DNA of 59,637 nt, counting the filler, from Circinaria calcarea (Eukaryota), in assembly GCA_051942165.1 (NCBI GenBank). It is 11 parts of 11 records of this genome, joined end to end, with 100 filler letters (N's around TTAATTAATTAA, not from the genome) between each part and the next. Parts side by side here need not be neighbours in the genome. Positions count along the whole stretch, not along the records: positions 10,894 to 16,237 come from JAVECS010001935.1; positions 16,338 to 21,674 come from JAVECS010001937.1; positions 21,775 to 27,103 come from JAVECS010001938.1; 8 more parts are not named here. The stretch is one strand, 5' to 3'. The notes beneath the pieces were generated by a model, which was not told the DNA's origin, searched no databases, and saw only the letters and a list, made by a program, of their open reading frames with translations. This document shows, one piece after another, positions 12,029 through 23,709 of the stretch. The translations under genes were made by a program, and so were the position numbers. Within the stretch, counting starts at the first letter, position 1; the number at the start of each line of letters is the position of its first letter.

Positions 12029-13940
12029 ATGTACTTCCCCCAGTATGCCCTACTACACGTTCTCACACTTGCCCTGGCCTACTTTACAATCCAAAGATAC
12101 CTACGGAATGGTAAACGCTTTCAGATTCCTCGCATTGGCAGGAAATCCGGCCGCTTCGGGACCGTGGCAGCAAGGGCGGACTTTCTCAAAAATGGCCATC
12201 GTCTGATAGGGGAAGGCTATCGTCGAGTATGATCGGCATGTTTCCCCCTCAGCAGTCCACTGAGCGACCTAACAAATGTGTTCAACCGGCCAGTTCAAAG
12301 AGTCCGCGTTTGTCATCCAGACGGCCGATATGGAACGCGTGGTTCTATCGAACAAGTACCTCGAAGAGCTTCGTGCCCTCCCCGAGGATGAGCTTAGTCT
12401 GAGGATTGCCATGGCCGAAAGACACCTTGGCCCATATACGACGCTTGACATGATCAAAGAAAGCCATTTGCAAAACACCATTTGCCGGGTCCAATTGACG
12501 CAGAACCTAGGTGCTTGCAAGGCATTGTGACCTCTTGCTGATGGCCTGGTTTAACGGTTATTCAGGGCGCTCAATGGATAGCATGCATGATGAGGTTCAG
12601 TACGCACTGGAAAGGGAGCTGGGGACATGCGCCATCAGCTGTAAGGCATCAGGAACCCTCGGACCAGACAGGCTTGTTTCTTGCACTGACTAATCGGCTC
12701 ATCAGCGTGGAGCTCTTACAACGGATATAGCATCCTCTTGAATGTTGTTTCCAGGTCGATAGCACGGGTGTTTGTTGGACTGCCGCTGTGCCGTAATCAA
12801 GAGTGGTTAGAGACGTCCGTTGGATACACCCAAGAAGTATTCCAGGTTGCCGCCGCTCTGCGAGATCGCCATTGGATCCTTCGGCCCATCCTGTACCCCT
12901 TTTTAGCATCCCGCAAGAGACTGAAACACCGCCTCCAAGTTGCAGAGAGCCATATTTTCCCCTTGATCCAGAGTCGCCTTGAGTGTGCAGCGGACGAAGC
13001 GCCTTCGGATCTTCTGCAATGGATGATCAACGCTGCTGAGGGTGACGACCGGGCGCCGGCGAAGCACCTCCAGAAGTTGCTCTTTCTCTGTATGGCCTCC
13101 ATCCACACGAGCACTGCAACTCTTTGCCATGCACTCTTCGATATCTGCGCGATGCCTACGGTTCTCGTGCCGCTTAGGGAAGAGATTCTCGGTGCGATGC
13201 AGGAAGGCCATGGCCTCACCCTGGCCGCAATCAACACTATGCCACTTTTAGATAGCTTCCTCAAGGAATCCCAGCGCCTCAACCATCCCGGCTCTCGTGA
13301 GTAGTCCCATTGCCCCCCGCGCGCCATCTCCCCTTTTGCGGCCCCTTATGAAGGGCCCTATGAAGGGGAAAATTGTGAGAACATGGGCAAGCTAAATCGG
13401 GCCTCGGGCAGTCTCGTTCAATCGCAAGGTTCTGAAGGACCGGACCCTCTCCGACGGCACTTTTCTCCCCGCCGGTACCTTCATCGCCATGCCCACCGCC
13501 GCCATCGCCCGAGATCCCGCCTACTTTTCCGAACCCGACGAGTTCCGTCCATGGCGTTTTGCTAATCTACGGCGATCATCACCGACAGAAGCCGCCCGTC
13601 ACCAATTCACAAGGTAAGCCAAATTCCTCACCCCTCCCCCCCCCCTTGCATATAGAAGCCCAACCTTTTCAGAGACGGGCCCGGAGAGCTGACCGGTTGG
13701 ATCCGTTCTGGGGCTTGCAGCACCGGCGCCTCGAGCTTGGCCTTTGGACACGGCCGATTCTCGTGCCCCGGGAGGTTTTTCGCCGCCGCTCAGATTAAGC
13801 TCTTGCTGGCGCGCCTACTCGTCGATTTCAACGTGTCGTACCCCGAGGGGCAAGCACAGAGGCCGGCGAACCTTTATATCGACGAGCGCATTGCTCCCGA
13901 CCAACGTCAAGTTCTTCGCTTCCGCCGGCTCGAAAAGTGA
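12029..13940 (+). CDS. Cytochrome P450 monooxygenase, ent-kaurene oxidase/PaxP-like (CYP54 clan), 6 exons, 500 aa
   Basis: Exons 12029-12226, 12294-12510, 12566-12640, 12706-13296, 13412-13613 and 13721-13940 splice in frame via GT-AG introns (1503 nt). Contains an N-terminal TM anchor, ARVFVGLPLCRN.EW, I-helix ASIHTS, ESQR (ExxR), FRPWRF and haem motif FGHGRFSCPG. Confidence 0.93.
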
Positions 13941-14493
13941 ATTTTCTTTTGTAATTTCGAATAAGGGGGGAATATCAAGGCCCTGGTGGTTGGTTTTGAA
14001 AAAAAAAAAACCTCCCGAAACAAAAGTCACGAAATTTCTAATTCATTTTAGGTGCATTGTACTGTATCAAAATGGGGAATAATTATTTGTGCGCGCTACT
14101 TGTCAAGAATAAGGGGTTCTACACTACCAGTTACGTTAGAGACCAGCGGACGGAGCGGGTGAAGTAATTCCCGTAACGCACATATAACAGGCGCCCTTTT
14201 GATTCCCATAAAGTGAAGTCCATACGCATGGACTGGTAGTTACCATACATAGCCAATAATACAGCCTATTCCACCTCCGTTTGTTCACACTAATTTGAGA
14301 AAGGGCAGGTAGCATAATTACGGCCGGCCAGTCTTGTATATTTCTTTTTTCTTAGGGAAAAATTATCCTTGCTACATACAAGTACGATATAATACCCCAA
14401 GCTATTGACTCCCTACCATATATCCACTTACCCCCTTTTAAACAAAAAGAGCCCTCGGGGTATTTTGAATACATGGGCGTTGGCGTGACGTGG

Positions 14494-14721
14494 TGTAAGG
14501 GCTCTCTCTACCCGAGAATCCCTACAAACCCTACGGGGTGAACTTATACACCGAGGTCACGAGGTATTAACTTAACGAGAAGAGTTTTCCTCGCGAAAAT
14601 ATTACACCAGAATTCTTTAACAATAATTCATACGCTATGCGAATCCATTTAGCTCATTATCACACAGTTTACCGACCCCTTATTCGTAAGATTATTATAC
14701 TATTTATAGAAGATTCTTACA
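14494..14721 (+). mobile_element. Solo LTR, family A (228 bp), RIP-mutated
   Basis: Termini TGTAAG...CTTACA; aligns with 59439-59637. Flanks CGTGG / CGTAT are at best a degenerate 5-bp TSD. Strand assignment is arbitrary. Confidence 0.8.
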
Positions 14722-14797
14722 CGTATGAATTATTGCTAAAGAATAAGTTCGGGCGGGCGTCGAGTTCCGATTCCGGTATGGTATTACCAGTTCAGTA

Positions 14798-14830
14798 TAG
14801 TATGGTATGGTATGGTATGGTATGATATGC
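14798..14830. repeat. (GGTAT)n pentanucleotide microsatellite
   Basis: TAGTATGGTATGGTATGGTATGGTATGATATG. Confidence 0.85.
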
Positions 14831-14860
14831 TTTGGGCCTCTTTTGAAAGGATTTTTTTTT

Positions 14861-15340
14861 TACGGTTTCGGATAGTAAGCCGTAAGCTATACGTGTAAGG
14901 GCGCTGCAATCCTTGGGGCCTATTGAGGAATATGACAAGTCCCGACTGGTGATAGCACGGTTACATAGGGTATAGTTGAACTATTGCCCTAGACTCAATA
15001 TAAAAGGAGTATATTGAACTCGTTATGGTTCTATAAGCATACTATCCTAAAGAACGCGGAATAGCCTACTATATATAACACCCGTGCTCCCTTTGCTCAC
15101 CTATGCTCATTTCCCCAGAGCATACTGAGCATAACCCCTATGCCCAGATGGCTCTGATGCCAAGCGCTCCTGAGCATCATGAGCACACTGAGCAACCGGG
15201 TAGGGGTTCCTCCGTTCCGGAGCTAGTCCCTCACAGTAGTATGGCATGCACGCCATAACAGGTAGTAGTTAGATGGGCTCTTTTGGATTTTTCTTTAAAC
15301 AAAACTCTACGGTTTCGGATAGTAAGCCGTAAGCTATACG
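14861..15340. repeat. 33-bp perfect direct repeat (14861-14893 and 15308-15340) bracketing the family B LTR
   Basis: TACGGTTTCGGATAGTAAGCCGTAAGCTATACG occurs twice, each time preceded by GGGC(C)TCTTTTG..GATTTTT. Confidence 0.9.
14894..15260 (-). mobile_element. LTR, family B (367 bp), apparently solo
   Basis: Minus strand reads TGTTATGGCG...CGCCCTTACA; homologous to 54331-54700. Internal TATATA box and TGAGCA-rich segment. Confidence 0.8.
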
Positions 15341-15877
15341 GAGGAGGAGATTATAGATATGAATGAATGGATGGATATTAGATTTTTTTTTTCTTTTTTT
15401 TTTCTTTCAAGGTGGCGTAATGGTAATGGAGTATGGTAAGTTACAACGGCCAAAAAACTTTGTGAAATAATGGAGGTAATACAGGGTGGAGTAGGCTGTA
15501 TTGACTATGGTAAACTAACCACTCTATGTGTATGGACTTCACTATGGAACTACATAATAGAAAACCTCTGCTATGTAGTGTTGAAACCCCCTATTCTTGA
15601 TAAATTTCATTCAGGGGCGAAAAAGAAACTCGAAATCCAGTTTTTGGTTTTTCTTTCCAAAAAAAAAAAAAGAAACAAAAAAGAAGACAAAAGAGTCGGA
15701 TATTGCGCGATGGTACTTATCTACAGGTTGCCGGTATTCCGTAGATATACATGTGTAGAAAAACGCCTGGGACGTGAAAAGCTCGCGGGACGAAAAAAGC
15801 TAAAAAATACATGGATTACAAGAGTTCCGCCTTCGGGGGGAAATCCGTCGGCGCGACGTTTCGCTGTTTTCTTCTTT

Positions 15878-16237
15878 TCAAACCTCCTGATTGGAAATCC
15901 CCTGGTGCTGCTCCGGTTGCATGCTTTCCATCGAGATGCTCGACACCCGCTCATGATCCATCCGCGCCTGATTCTTCCAATGCTGCTGCTGCTGCTTGGT
16001 GCGACCGGAGTTGAAGGGTTGCCCGTCGTCCCGTTTGGTCGAGGTCCAGGAATGATAATTCCATTTGCTGGCGTTCGATCTCTCGCTGCTCGACTTGCTT
16101 CCTGGCCCGAATGGTCGATAGGAAGTTTTCGCTCGGGGACTCTTCGGACCGGTTTCGCGGAGGAAAAGGGGCCGAAGGACTGGGAGGCAGGCACATATGA
16201 TGGCGGTGGCGGGTTCGATGAGGGTCCAGATCAGTGC
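15878..16237 (-). CDS. PTH11-like (fungal rhodopsin-like) integral membrane protein, last TM helix and tail; 5' part off-contig
   Basis: Frame not shown in the ORF track: ALIWTLIEPATAIICACLPVLRPLF followed by a Ser/Gln-rich tail to TGA. WxxxE..IICACLPxLRPL is the PTH11-family TM7 signature. Confidence 0.85.
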   Translation of the reverse strand, partial: ALIWTLIEPATAIICACLPVLRPLFLRETGPKSPRAKTSYRPFGPGSKSSSERSNASKWNYHSWTSTKRDDGQPFNSGRTKQQQQHWKNQARMDHERVSSISMESMQPEQHQGISNQEV

Positions 16238-16337
16238 NNNNNNNNNNNNNNNNNNNNNNNNNNNNNNNNNNNNNNNNNNNNTTAATTAATTAANNNNNNN
16301 NNNNNNNNNNNNNNNNNNNNNNNNNNNNNNNNNNNNN
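16238..16337. other. Artificial contig linker
   Basis: 44 N + TTAATTAATTAA + 44 N. Confidence 0.98.
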
Positions 16338-16894
16338 CCCCCCCCCCCCTTCAGGGCCCCTAGGCCCTTACTGCTCCGACTGCTGGACCCTGTCCTTCGT
16401 CGAGCCGGCGAGGAGGTGTTACAGAGCCGACCGGTTGTATTGGCCATCATCGGGGTAAAAAAACGACAGCCTAGGCGGGGGATTAGTGGCCCCGATGTCT
16501 GCAGCGCTTTTTCCTTTTGTAGGACTGCCTCTCGCCCGATGCGCCACGATGGCGGACTATTGGGTGAGGGGAGTAAGGAACGGGGAGTACCGTATGAGGT
16601 CGGGTTAGTCCCTCGCCTGCTTTCACTTCTGGCATCTCATCGAGTGGTTGCCATCTGGAATTCGCCATTCTATTCGACTGGATACGAGAGTCTTGCTGGT
16701 CCTGGCCCGGACTAAGTTAATAATACCACAAGTGCAACTTTCCTGCAGTTGGTCCTGAAAAGAATAACATCATGTAACCACGACTCGAGCCGCGCCGCTC
16801 GGGTATTCCAATTAGCCTCGTACAAGATTAGTCCAGGTGGACAGCAGATGGGTTTCCAGTGTTGGAACTGAGCAGCATCAGTACCGTAGAATCT

Positions 16895-16920
16895 CCATGC
16901 CATGCCATGCCATGCCATGC
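16895..16920. repeat. (CCATG)5 microsatellite
   Basis: CCATGCCATGCCATGCCATGCCATGC. Confidence 0.9.
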
Positions 16921-18058
16921 TATTTCGAACACGAGTTGATCAGCCGCTTGCTGGGCCGGCTGGTGGACAGATGGCTGCGGCAGTGTGATGCTGAAGGCTG
17001 GCGGTCACCAGAAGACTAACCATGACTAAGGTGATGCGGTCCCCTAACGCAAATAATCCGCTACCGTTGAAGACTGTGGGGTCCGATGCAGAAGGTCGAA
17101 AGTGGCCGAAGGTGCCAAGGCCGAAAGCAGCCTCGCTGCGTATCGTGCACCAGAATAGGTGGGCATAAATATCAGCCGCTAGTGTCAAATCGACTGCTAG
17201 TTAGACGAGCCCGTAACTTACCCCGGCGCATTTATTTCAGATTGGTATTGCATTACGGCTCAGCTCCTCCTGCATGAGGGATGCCCACCAGCTTTGCCCG
17301 CCAAGAGCCCATGGCAGAAGGCAGCAGCAGCCAGCAACAGCCAGCAGCCAGCAGGAGCAGGAGCATCAGATCAGGGACTCGTCAGGGCAAAACGAGGGGA
17401 ACCCAAAAACCCCCCCCGTCAGCGACCAATTTGATAGCACCGGTCGAGTCCACGCCCGACCTCCAGCATCTTCTTTTTTGGGGGCTCCTCGACAACGGCA
17501 CTAGCATACTGTCACGATCCCTGCGCCATCCATGTGGTCGTCCAAGTCTCAGCGTGCCGTGAACCTTGTCCAACAGTGGGAAGCAGAAGGCATGGACCGT
17601 GAATGGATATGTCGAGGGGGGGTGGGAGTGGGTGTACCTGTGCCTGTGCCTGCACCTTTCGATGAGTCGATGGCCCCATGGTCGATTTCGATATGTCTCA
17701 TCCAAAGTTATTTTCCTCTGCGGCCACTCGAATCCTCTACCCGCCCTCTCTCTCGTCACCCTCGTCATCCCCAAACCAGCCCATCGGACAGCCCTATGCG
17801 CCATCGCTGATTAGGTGTGTGCCGCGGTCAAGTCGTTTTCCTCCGACAGCCTCCTTCATCTACTCGACCTCAGCTTCAGCTACCCGGGGTCCGGGGGCCC
17901 TTAATCTAGCCCTTCGTCCACTTTCTTACCTACTTCCTATATATCCCCCTCCATTCTTTTCGCTTTCACCTAATTGATCTTCAACCGGTGCACTTGACCC
18001 TCATTCTTCTATACTAGAGCCAGCCTCAGCTCGTCGTCCCCTACATATATCATATACC

Positions 18059-19860
18059 ATGGATAGCTACGAGGCCATGCCCTTGCCATATATGGGAAGC
18101 CCCATGTCGTTACATGATGTGACCGCTGCCGAATATCTGGACAGCTGCATGCCGTCGTACAGCTTCCAAGATCAGACTCGCTCTTATAGCGGTGGGGATG
18201 TTCTCGGGTGAGTAAAGCGGTCTTTACCGTCCCCCCTCCCAACGACTGCCCGGTACGCTGGGCTAATATGCCTTCTTGTTATAGCGAAGACGACATGGCC
18301 TTTATTTCGCCCTCTACCTTCAATGATGACAGCAGTATGAGCCGGGAACATTCATTTTCAAAAGCCATTGAAGATTGTTTTGCCGATACCCAAGGGCACT
18401 TGGAGAGTCCCGTACAAGACGCATCATCCCCAGAGGCGCCCTCGATAGAGCATGGGAATAAGATGCTCAGCTTCCTATTCCCATCGTACCACTGCTCGAT
18501 TCTCGACTCCTCCAGACGTCAGACTTCATTATCACTCACCGCACAGCTACATGGCATGTTCTTCTTAGCCGAGTCCTCGCGAGCTGGCTCGGGCGATGGC
18601 ATGATGCCTCCGGTCGAATTGACCTGCTATCGACGGAATCTCTTTCAAATCACCGGCTGCATCACACTGCCCCAGATGATGCGGTATGTTCTGACCGAGC
18701 AAGGCGACCAGATTCCAATCCTTGCTCAGGAACTATCCATCTCGGCCACCGAGTCCGTCGAAGGCCATCCCATTAAGATTATCTCTGTGCCTTGGAAAAC
18801 CCCGGCCGCTGGAACATCAGCATCCACACCCGAAGACAAGACCGAAAAGGAGCCGGCTTCTATCTCCTTACAGAAGATGGATCACTTTACGGACGGCGAT
18901 TATGCCAAGTTCCCTATCGAGTGGAAAAGGCTGCAGTTCAGGGTAGCAACAGCTAACAACGGACGAAGAAAGGAGTTACAACAACACTTTACTATCAAGT
19001 TGAGCGTCAACGTAACGCTTGCGACCGGTGATAAGGTGACCGTCTGTGAAGCCTTGTCGGGCCCAATCATCGTACGTGGGCGTAGTCCACGGAACTTTCA
19101 AACGCGCCGGGACTATCCTCTCAGCGGCACCGGAGGCTCAATGCGAAAAGCAATGCAATCTTCCAGCTCACGGCAACGTACTGCTTCCCCTGAACACCTA
19201 GTGCGCCGACCATCCTCAAAGTCAAAGGCTAGCCCTACAGTGTCCACCTATTCGACACAATCCTCACCTCACCTCAGTCAGTCCCCCCACGTCCGCCAGA
19301 CAGGTGGGGATTTCGACTGGAGCGGCACCCCTACCGGCCTGACCAGTACCATCCAGACGCCTATTGTGACCCGGACCTCCAAAGCCCCAGATTTCCTCCT
19401 CGACCACCACACATCCAGTCCTGAACCGTCTAATGGTCGCCGGCCTGCGTTGAAACGAAAGGCTTCCACCCCTGATCCAGCTGGCAACATCTCCTACTCG
19501 AATTACGAGACTTCATTATACAAAAGAGCGGCATCCGCCGAACGAGCCCACTCTCTCAAAACCGTAAAGCCCAGCCGTACCCTTACCGCACCCAGCGAAT
19601 CGCTATTTCTCCCGTTCAACTCATCCAACGACTATCCGGGTTTTTCTCACAGCAACAGCTATATGCCAGCAGGTGACATGTCCAATGTCGATATCGTGAA
19701 CAAATATTTCCCGGTTGGGGTGGAAGACTGGATGCCTCCAGTTGAGTCCATTTACAAGCACCAAGGTTTTCAGCATATGAATCAACCATCGATGATGGCT
19801 GTCGGCGAGATTGGCGGCCGACGCGGTCACAAACGATACATGAGCGACGGTCTCATATGA
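18059..19860 (+). CDS. xprG: NDT80/PhoG (p53-like) transcription factor, XprG/VIB-1 type; exons 18059-18207, 18285-19860, about 574 aa
   Basis: AQLHGMFFLAE, LTCYRRNLFQITG, WKRLQFRVATANNGRRKELQQHF and IIVRGRSPRNF. Upstream exon MDSYEAMPLPYMGSP joins in frame via intron 18208-18284 (GTGAGT...GCTAAT...TAG). Confidence 0.9.
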
Positions 19861-20837
19861 ATGACGCGAGGCTTTCTTTACGAGTGGTTCAACGGCACCT
19901 GCGGGGCTACCAAGCGGGGCTAATTCCTCACTCACGCGTGTTTTTCTATTTGTGTTTATCGACTTGGACGGCGTTCCTCGGCAAGCCAGAGTGACACATT
20001 TCATACTACTTCGGGGGCAGGCACAGGCGTTCTTTTTAGGGTTGGCAGGGGCGCGAAAGGCTGAAGGAATCTACTGGTGACTGGACCGTCAACTGAGGAC
20101 GGGGAGTCGGGGAGTCGGGCGTTTTCCTCGTGTGCAACGAATATACCTTAGCTAGCGACATGCGACCTCTCTAACTTTTAATGCTCTCGCAATGGGGTGG
20201 TGGTCTTCCGATTGGCTCTCCGGTTTTGGGCGACGGCAATGCGCCTCGTGTTGGGTTTTTATTTTTGGGGTTCTACCAGATGCTAGACAGCGTAAATAGC
20301 TAGAATAGGCTTCAGGGCTGACTCCCATTGTCTTTAGATTCGACTTGTCTATTTCCCTTGGAACGTTCTATTTTTCGACTGAAAATGCATCGATGCTGAG
20401 ACAAGAGACGTAAAGCCGGCAAGCGTCGCGCGTCATCTGCTAACCTTTGATCCTTGGGTCCGTCATAGCCCGGTTTTGATTTCGGGGGAAGTGGGATCGG
20501 TCAGCAGCGATTTTGGCTTCCGTCAGGTGGGATCAGTGGCGGCTGAGAAGCGGGCATCATTCATGGCAAGTGTAGACGGCTCAAGGGGGGTTCCGATTTG
20601 CAAGCGGAGCCGTGCTACGTGAGAGATTACACCGCATCCCGCCGAGGGCAAGGTGGGCTTTTTGAGGACTTGTCTCGCGAAGATGAGGACGGCGCTGGAT
20701 GGAAAGAAACAGTCTCGGGAAACAGTTGTGCAAGTCGGCAAGGTTGAACCACGGCCCGGATTGTGCTTAAGGATTCGCTTCGCTCCGGAGGATCCCTCTC
20801 TCGCTACCGGACGCTTGTCCAGGATATTTGGAAGAAT

Positions 20838-20873
20838 GAGGATGAGGAGGATGAGGAGGATGAGGATGAGGAT
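20838..20873. repeat. GAG/GAT compound microsatellite
   Basis: GAGGATGAGGAGGATGAGGAGGATGAGGATGAGGAT. Confidence 0.8.
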
Positions 20874-21483
20874 GGCCAGGGGGTGCCCCGGTGCGTATGA
20901 ATGGATGGGAGGTGGTGTATATCTCAGAATGGAAGAGTGAGCTGCAGGGCTGAGGGTGAGACGGACGGCCAAGGAGAGATGGCGCCGTAGGATTTCCCAA
21001 TGCTTCGGGTCGAGGAATGGGTTGGTCGATTTCGTTTTTACTATCCTCATCGGGCTCGAAGACGACTGAATTGTGGCTGAGTGGAATCAGTAATCAGATA
21101 AGATCCTTCCGAGTACTGGTACGGAAGTAAATGATGCTCCGACCGCGTCTTTCTCCTGCTTTAGGCAATCCTGAGCTGTGAGAGAGACGAGGACCTTTTG
21201 ACGAAAGTGGGGGGGCTGGCGTTTGGGTCGTGTCGGGGTGACGTAGTTCCGAGTTCTCAGCCACCCCCTCTCCCTTTCCCCCTCTCCTCCTAACATTCCG
21301 AAAGATTCACGCACCTGAAGATAATCTTCGCAAGCATATGCACATCCACAACCAAAGGTTAATTCATTCATCTCCATTCCAAATCCATCCTCTCGACCAT
21401 CAACCGTCCGAGTATTTCCCTCACACCCAATCAAACCCGCATAGATAGACCTCGCCCGTGATACTACGGATCATCTTCCTAAA

Positions 21484-21674
21484 ATGTCCTCGACCGTTGT
21501 CCATGTGTGTTTCCTTCCCGTTTCTAACCCACACATCCCTCACAGCCATCCGACCCAACCTCTGACCGCGCGCCACAGGTGAAGAATATTTCACATCAAA
21601 CTAGCGAGAAGGAAGTTCGAGACTTCTTCAGCTTCTGGCATGTCTCCACCCGAGAAGGTCATCCGCTGCCTCGT
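21484..21674 (+). CDS. vip1: Vip1-like RRM protein, first two exons (21484-21504, 21579-21637); rest off-contig
   Basis: MSSTVVH|VKNISHQTSEKEVRDFFSF(C) via intron 21505-21578 (GTGTGT...CTGAC...CAG) matches the fungal Vip1 N-terminal RRM. Confidence 0.82.
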
Positions 21675-21774
21675 NNNNNNNNNNNNNNNNNNNNNNNNNN
21701 NNNNNNNNNNNNNNNNNNTTAATTAATTAANNNNNNNNNNNNNNNNNNNNNNNNNNNNNNNNNNNNNNNNNNNN
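21675..21774. other. Artificial contig linker
   Basis: 44 N + TTAATTAATTAA + 44 N. Confidence 0.98.
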
Positions 21775-22220
21775 CCTTTACCTCCTCCCCCCACCCCAGA
21801 GAAGAGAAAAGAACCCCGGAAGAAGGTGTTTCCATATCTCTCTCCACACATTGACATCGACATCGGGAAGCAGAAGCAGAAGCAGAAGCGGAGTTTGAGT
21901 CAAAGGCGGGAAGTAATGATTTCGGCTAGGGGGTATGTGTCATGATACTTTTAAAGGTTGGAGGACCTGTCTCCAACCATCCAGTCAACTTCTAGAGACT
22001 GATGAAGAGCATGTAATGAACAAAGGCGCATGAGAAATGGCAGTGTGTACAAGTATCAGCCAGCGATAGAGTACAGATAGATAAAAGGGGTAATCCCGGT
22101 TGTTGGCTAGTAGTGGTGTGAAGAATAGAAGACGTAGCATTGAAGCGAACCCAAAGTTGAGTTTATCCCCTGATATACGTCGTAGCCTTGTCGACGACGT
22201 TACCCTTTCCATCCAGAATC

Positions 22221-23709
22221 TTAGTCGGTATCTTCGTAAAAGGAGCTTCCGTGTCTCGGCACACGTGGGAAGTGGAAGCCATCCAATGTGAATGCACCGT
22301 CTGTGCTGTCATAGCAGGACTGATTTTGCCTAGGCGAGTGCTGATTAGGCCCATAGCCATAGTAGGCAGAAGAACCACGGCCTAGTGAAAGAAGAGCGAT
22401 GTCTGCATTGGCTAACCTGTCTGATTCGGGGTTGAAGCCGCCTCCTGCATCGTTGGCAGAAGTGGATGCCACTGATATAAGGTCCGATGTGAGGTCTTGA
22501 CTTCTCCATGTTGTCGGTGCCACAATTACTTCGGTCTCCTTGGCGTCAACTGTCATGTTGTTATAGGCGTCCATCGCTAGCATCTCGCCGGTTTTGAGCC
22601 CTTTCAGTTCCAGCTCATTTTGCAATCTGCTAGCCGCCTCTTTAGACCAGAAACAGGTTGACCAATCAGAAACACCAATTCTATCCAGTATAAGCGACCA
22701 AGGATCGACCACATCGGGTTGTCTCAACAGCCCTAGTATCATCAAGGAGTGTTTCCACTCCGCTCTTTTTGTCCCAGCTTCATAATGCTCGGCAATGTGT
22801 TCGAATCGGTTGGGAAGAGTTGGAAAGGATTGACCGCAGAAGCCACAGCCCCATGCTCTTTTCTTGGGTAAGGTAGTCCGACAGGTCTCTGCATGCGGAC
22901 AATTCTCACAGCCGTGGTGATTCAGGTGATGTCGAATAAATCTATGCTTGAAGTAGTAGTCTTTGTCGCATTCAGTGCAAGTATATTCTTCCTGCCGTTC
23001 ATGAAACTCCATCTCATGACTCTTCCAGTCACCTTTCCGGCCGAATGCTTTATCACAGAAAGTACAAAAGTACCTTGGCAATGGTAAAGGAGGTCTCTTC
23101 CGGATGGGTCCATCCTTGTTTAGTGTCGACCGCCGATACTCTTCGATGTTGTTACTAGCATACGGAGGGTTGAGAGGTAGTTCGAGAGCGGGTACGGTCG
23201 GTCTGAGATCGTCATGAAATGAGTGATGGGAGTACAGCGATTGTCGACTATACGAGGTTCTCGTCGATGGAACCGAGAAACCAGACGACCTTGTATATAT
23301 ACTTGAAGTGAGGGAATCGCGTTGCTGTGGGTATTGTGAACCGATTGGATTGCGATCTGAGCATCGACCATCAGATTAGCTAGATAACCTGCTGGTGGTA
23401 ACGGAGCCTCTACTCACTCGGAAAGCGAGCATAGTCTAGCCACCTGAATATATCGTCGTCGAAGTACTCCTTCAAGCATTGTACAGCATGCCATGCCTTG
23501 GTAGGAGGAAAGGGGTTTGTCTCTCCGTTGTTGTCTGGAGCATCGAGGTGCTGCTGCTGCGAGGCTGTAGCGGAAGGGCTCGGTGTAAATTGTCGCGCGA
23601 ATCTTTTGTTCCTCGGGCGTCCCGAAGCTGTACGCTTAATAGGCAGTACCTGTGGTGTTACCGAAGGTGGCTGCGGATTTGACATCGAGTTAGACAGAAG
23701 GCCCTCCAT
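22221..23709 (-). CDS. Fungal C2H2 zinc-finger protein (exons 23709-23418, 23356-22221; about 475 aa)
   Basis: YFCTFCDKAFGRKGDWKSHEMEFH, CTEC...HHLNHHGC and AWGCGFC...HIAEHY. Intron 23417-23357 (GTGAGT...GCTAAT...CAG) joins the upstream ORF in frame. Confidence 0.85.

Noticed and set aside
15470..16285. 271-aa plus-strand ORF and overlapping 157-aa minus ORF
   Set aside because: Shadow frames of the PTH11-like CDS and its 3' UTR; low-complexity content.
20523..21434. Possible gene divergent from vip1
   Set aside because: The ORFs depend on a microsatellite, and I could not build a coherent spliced model in any frame.
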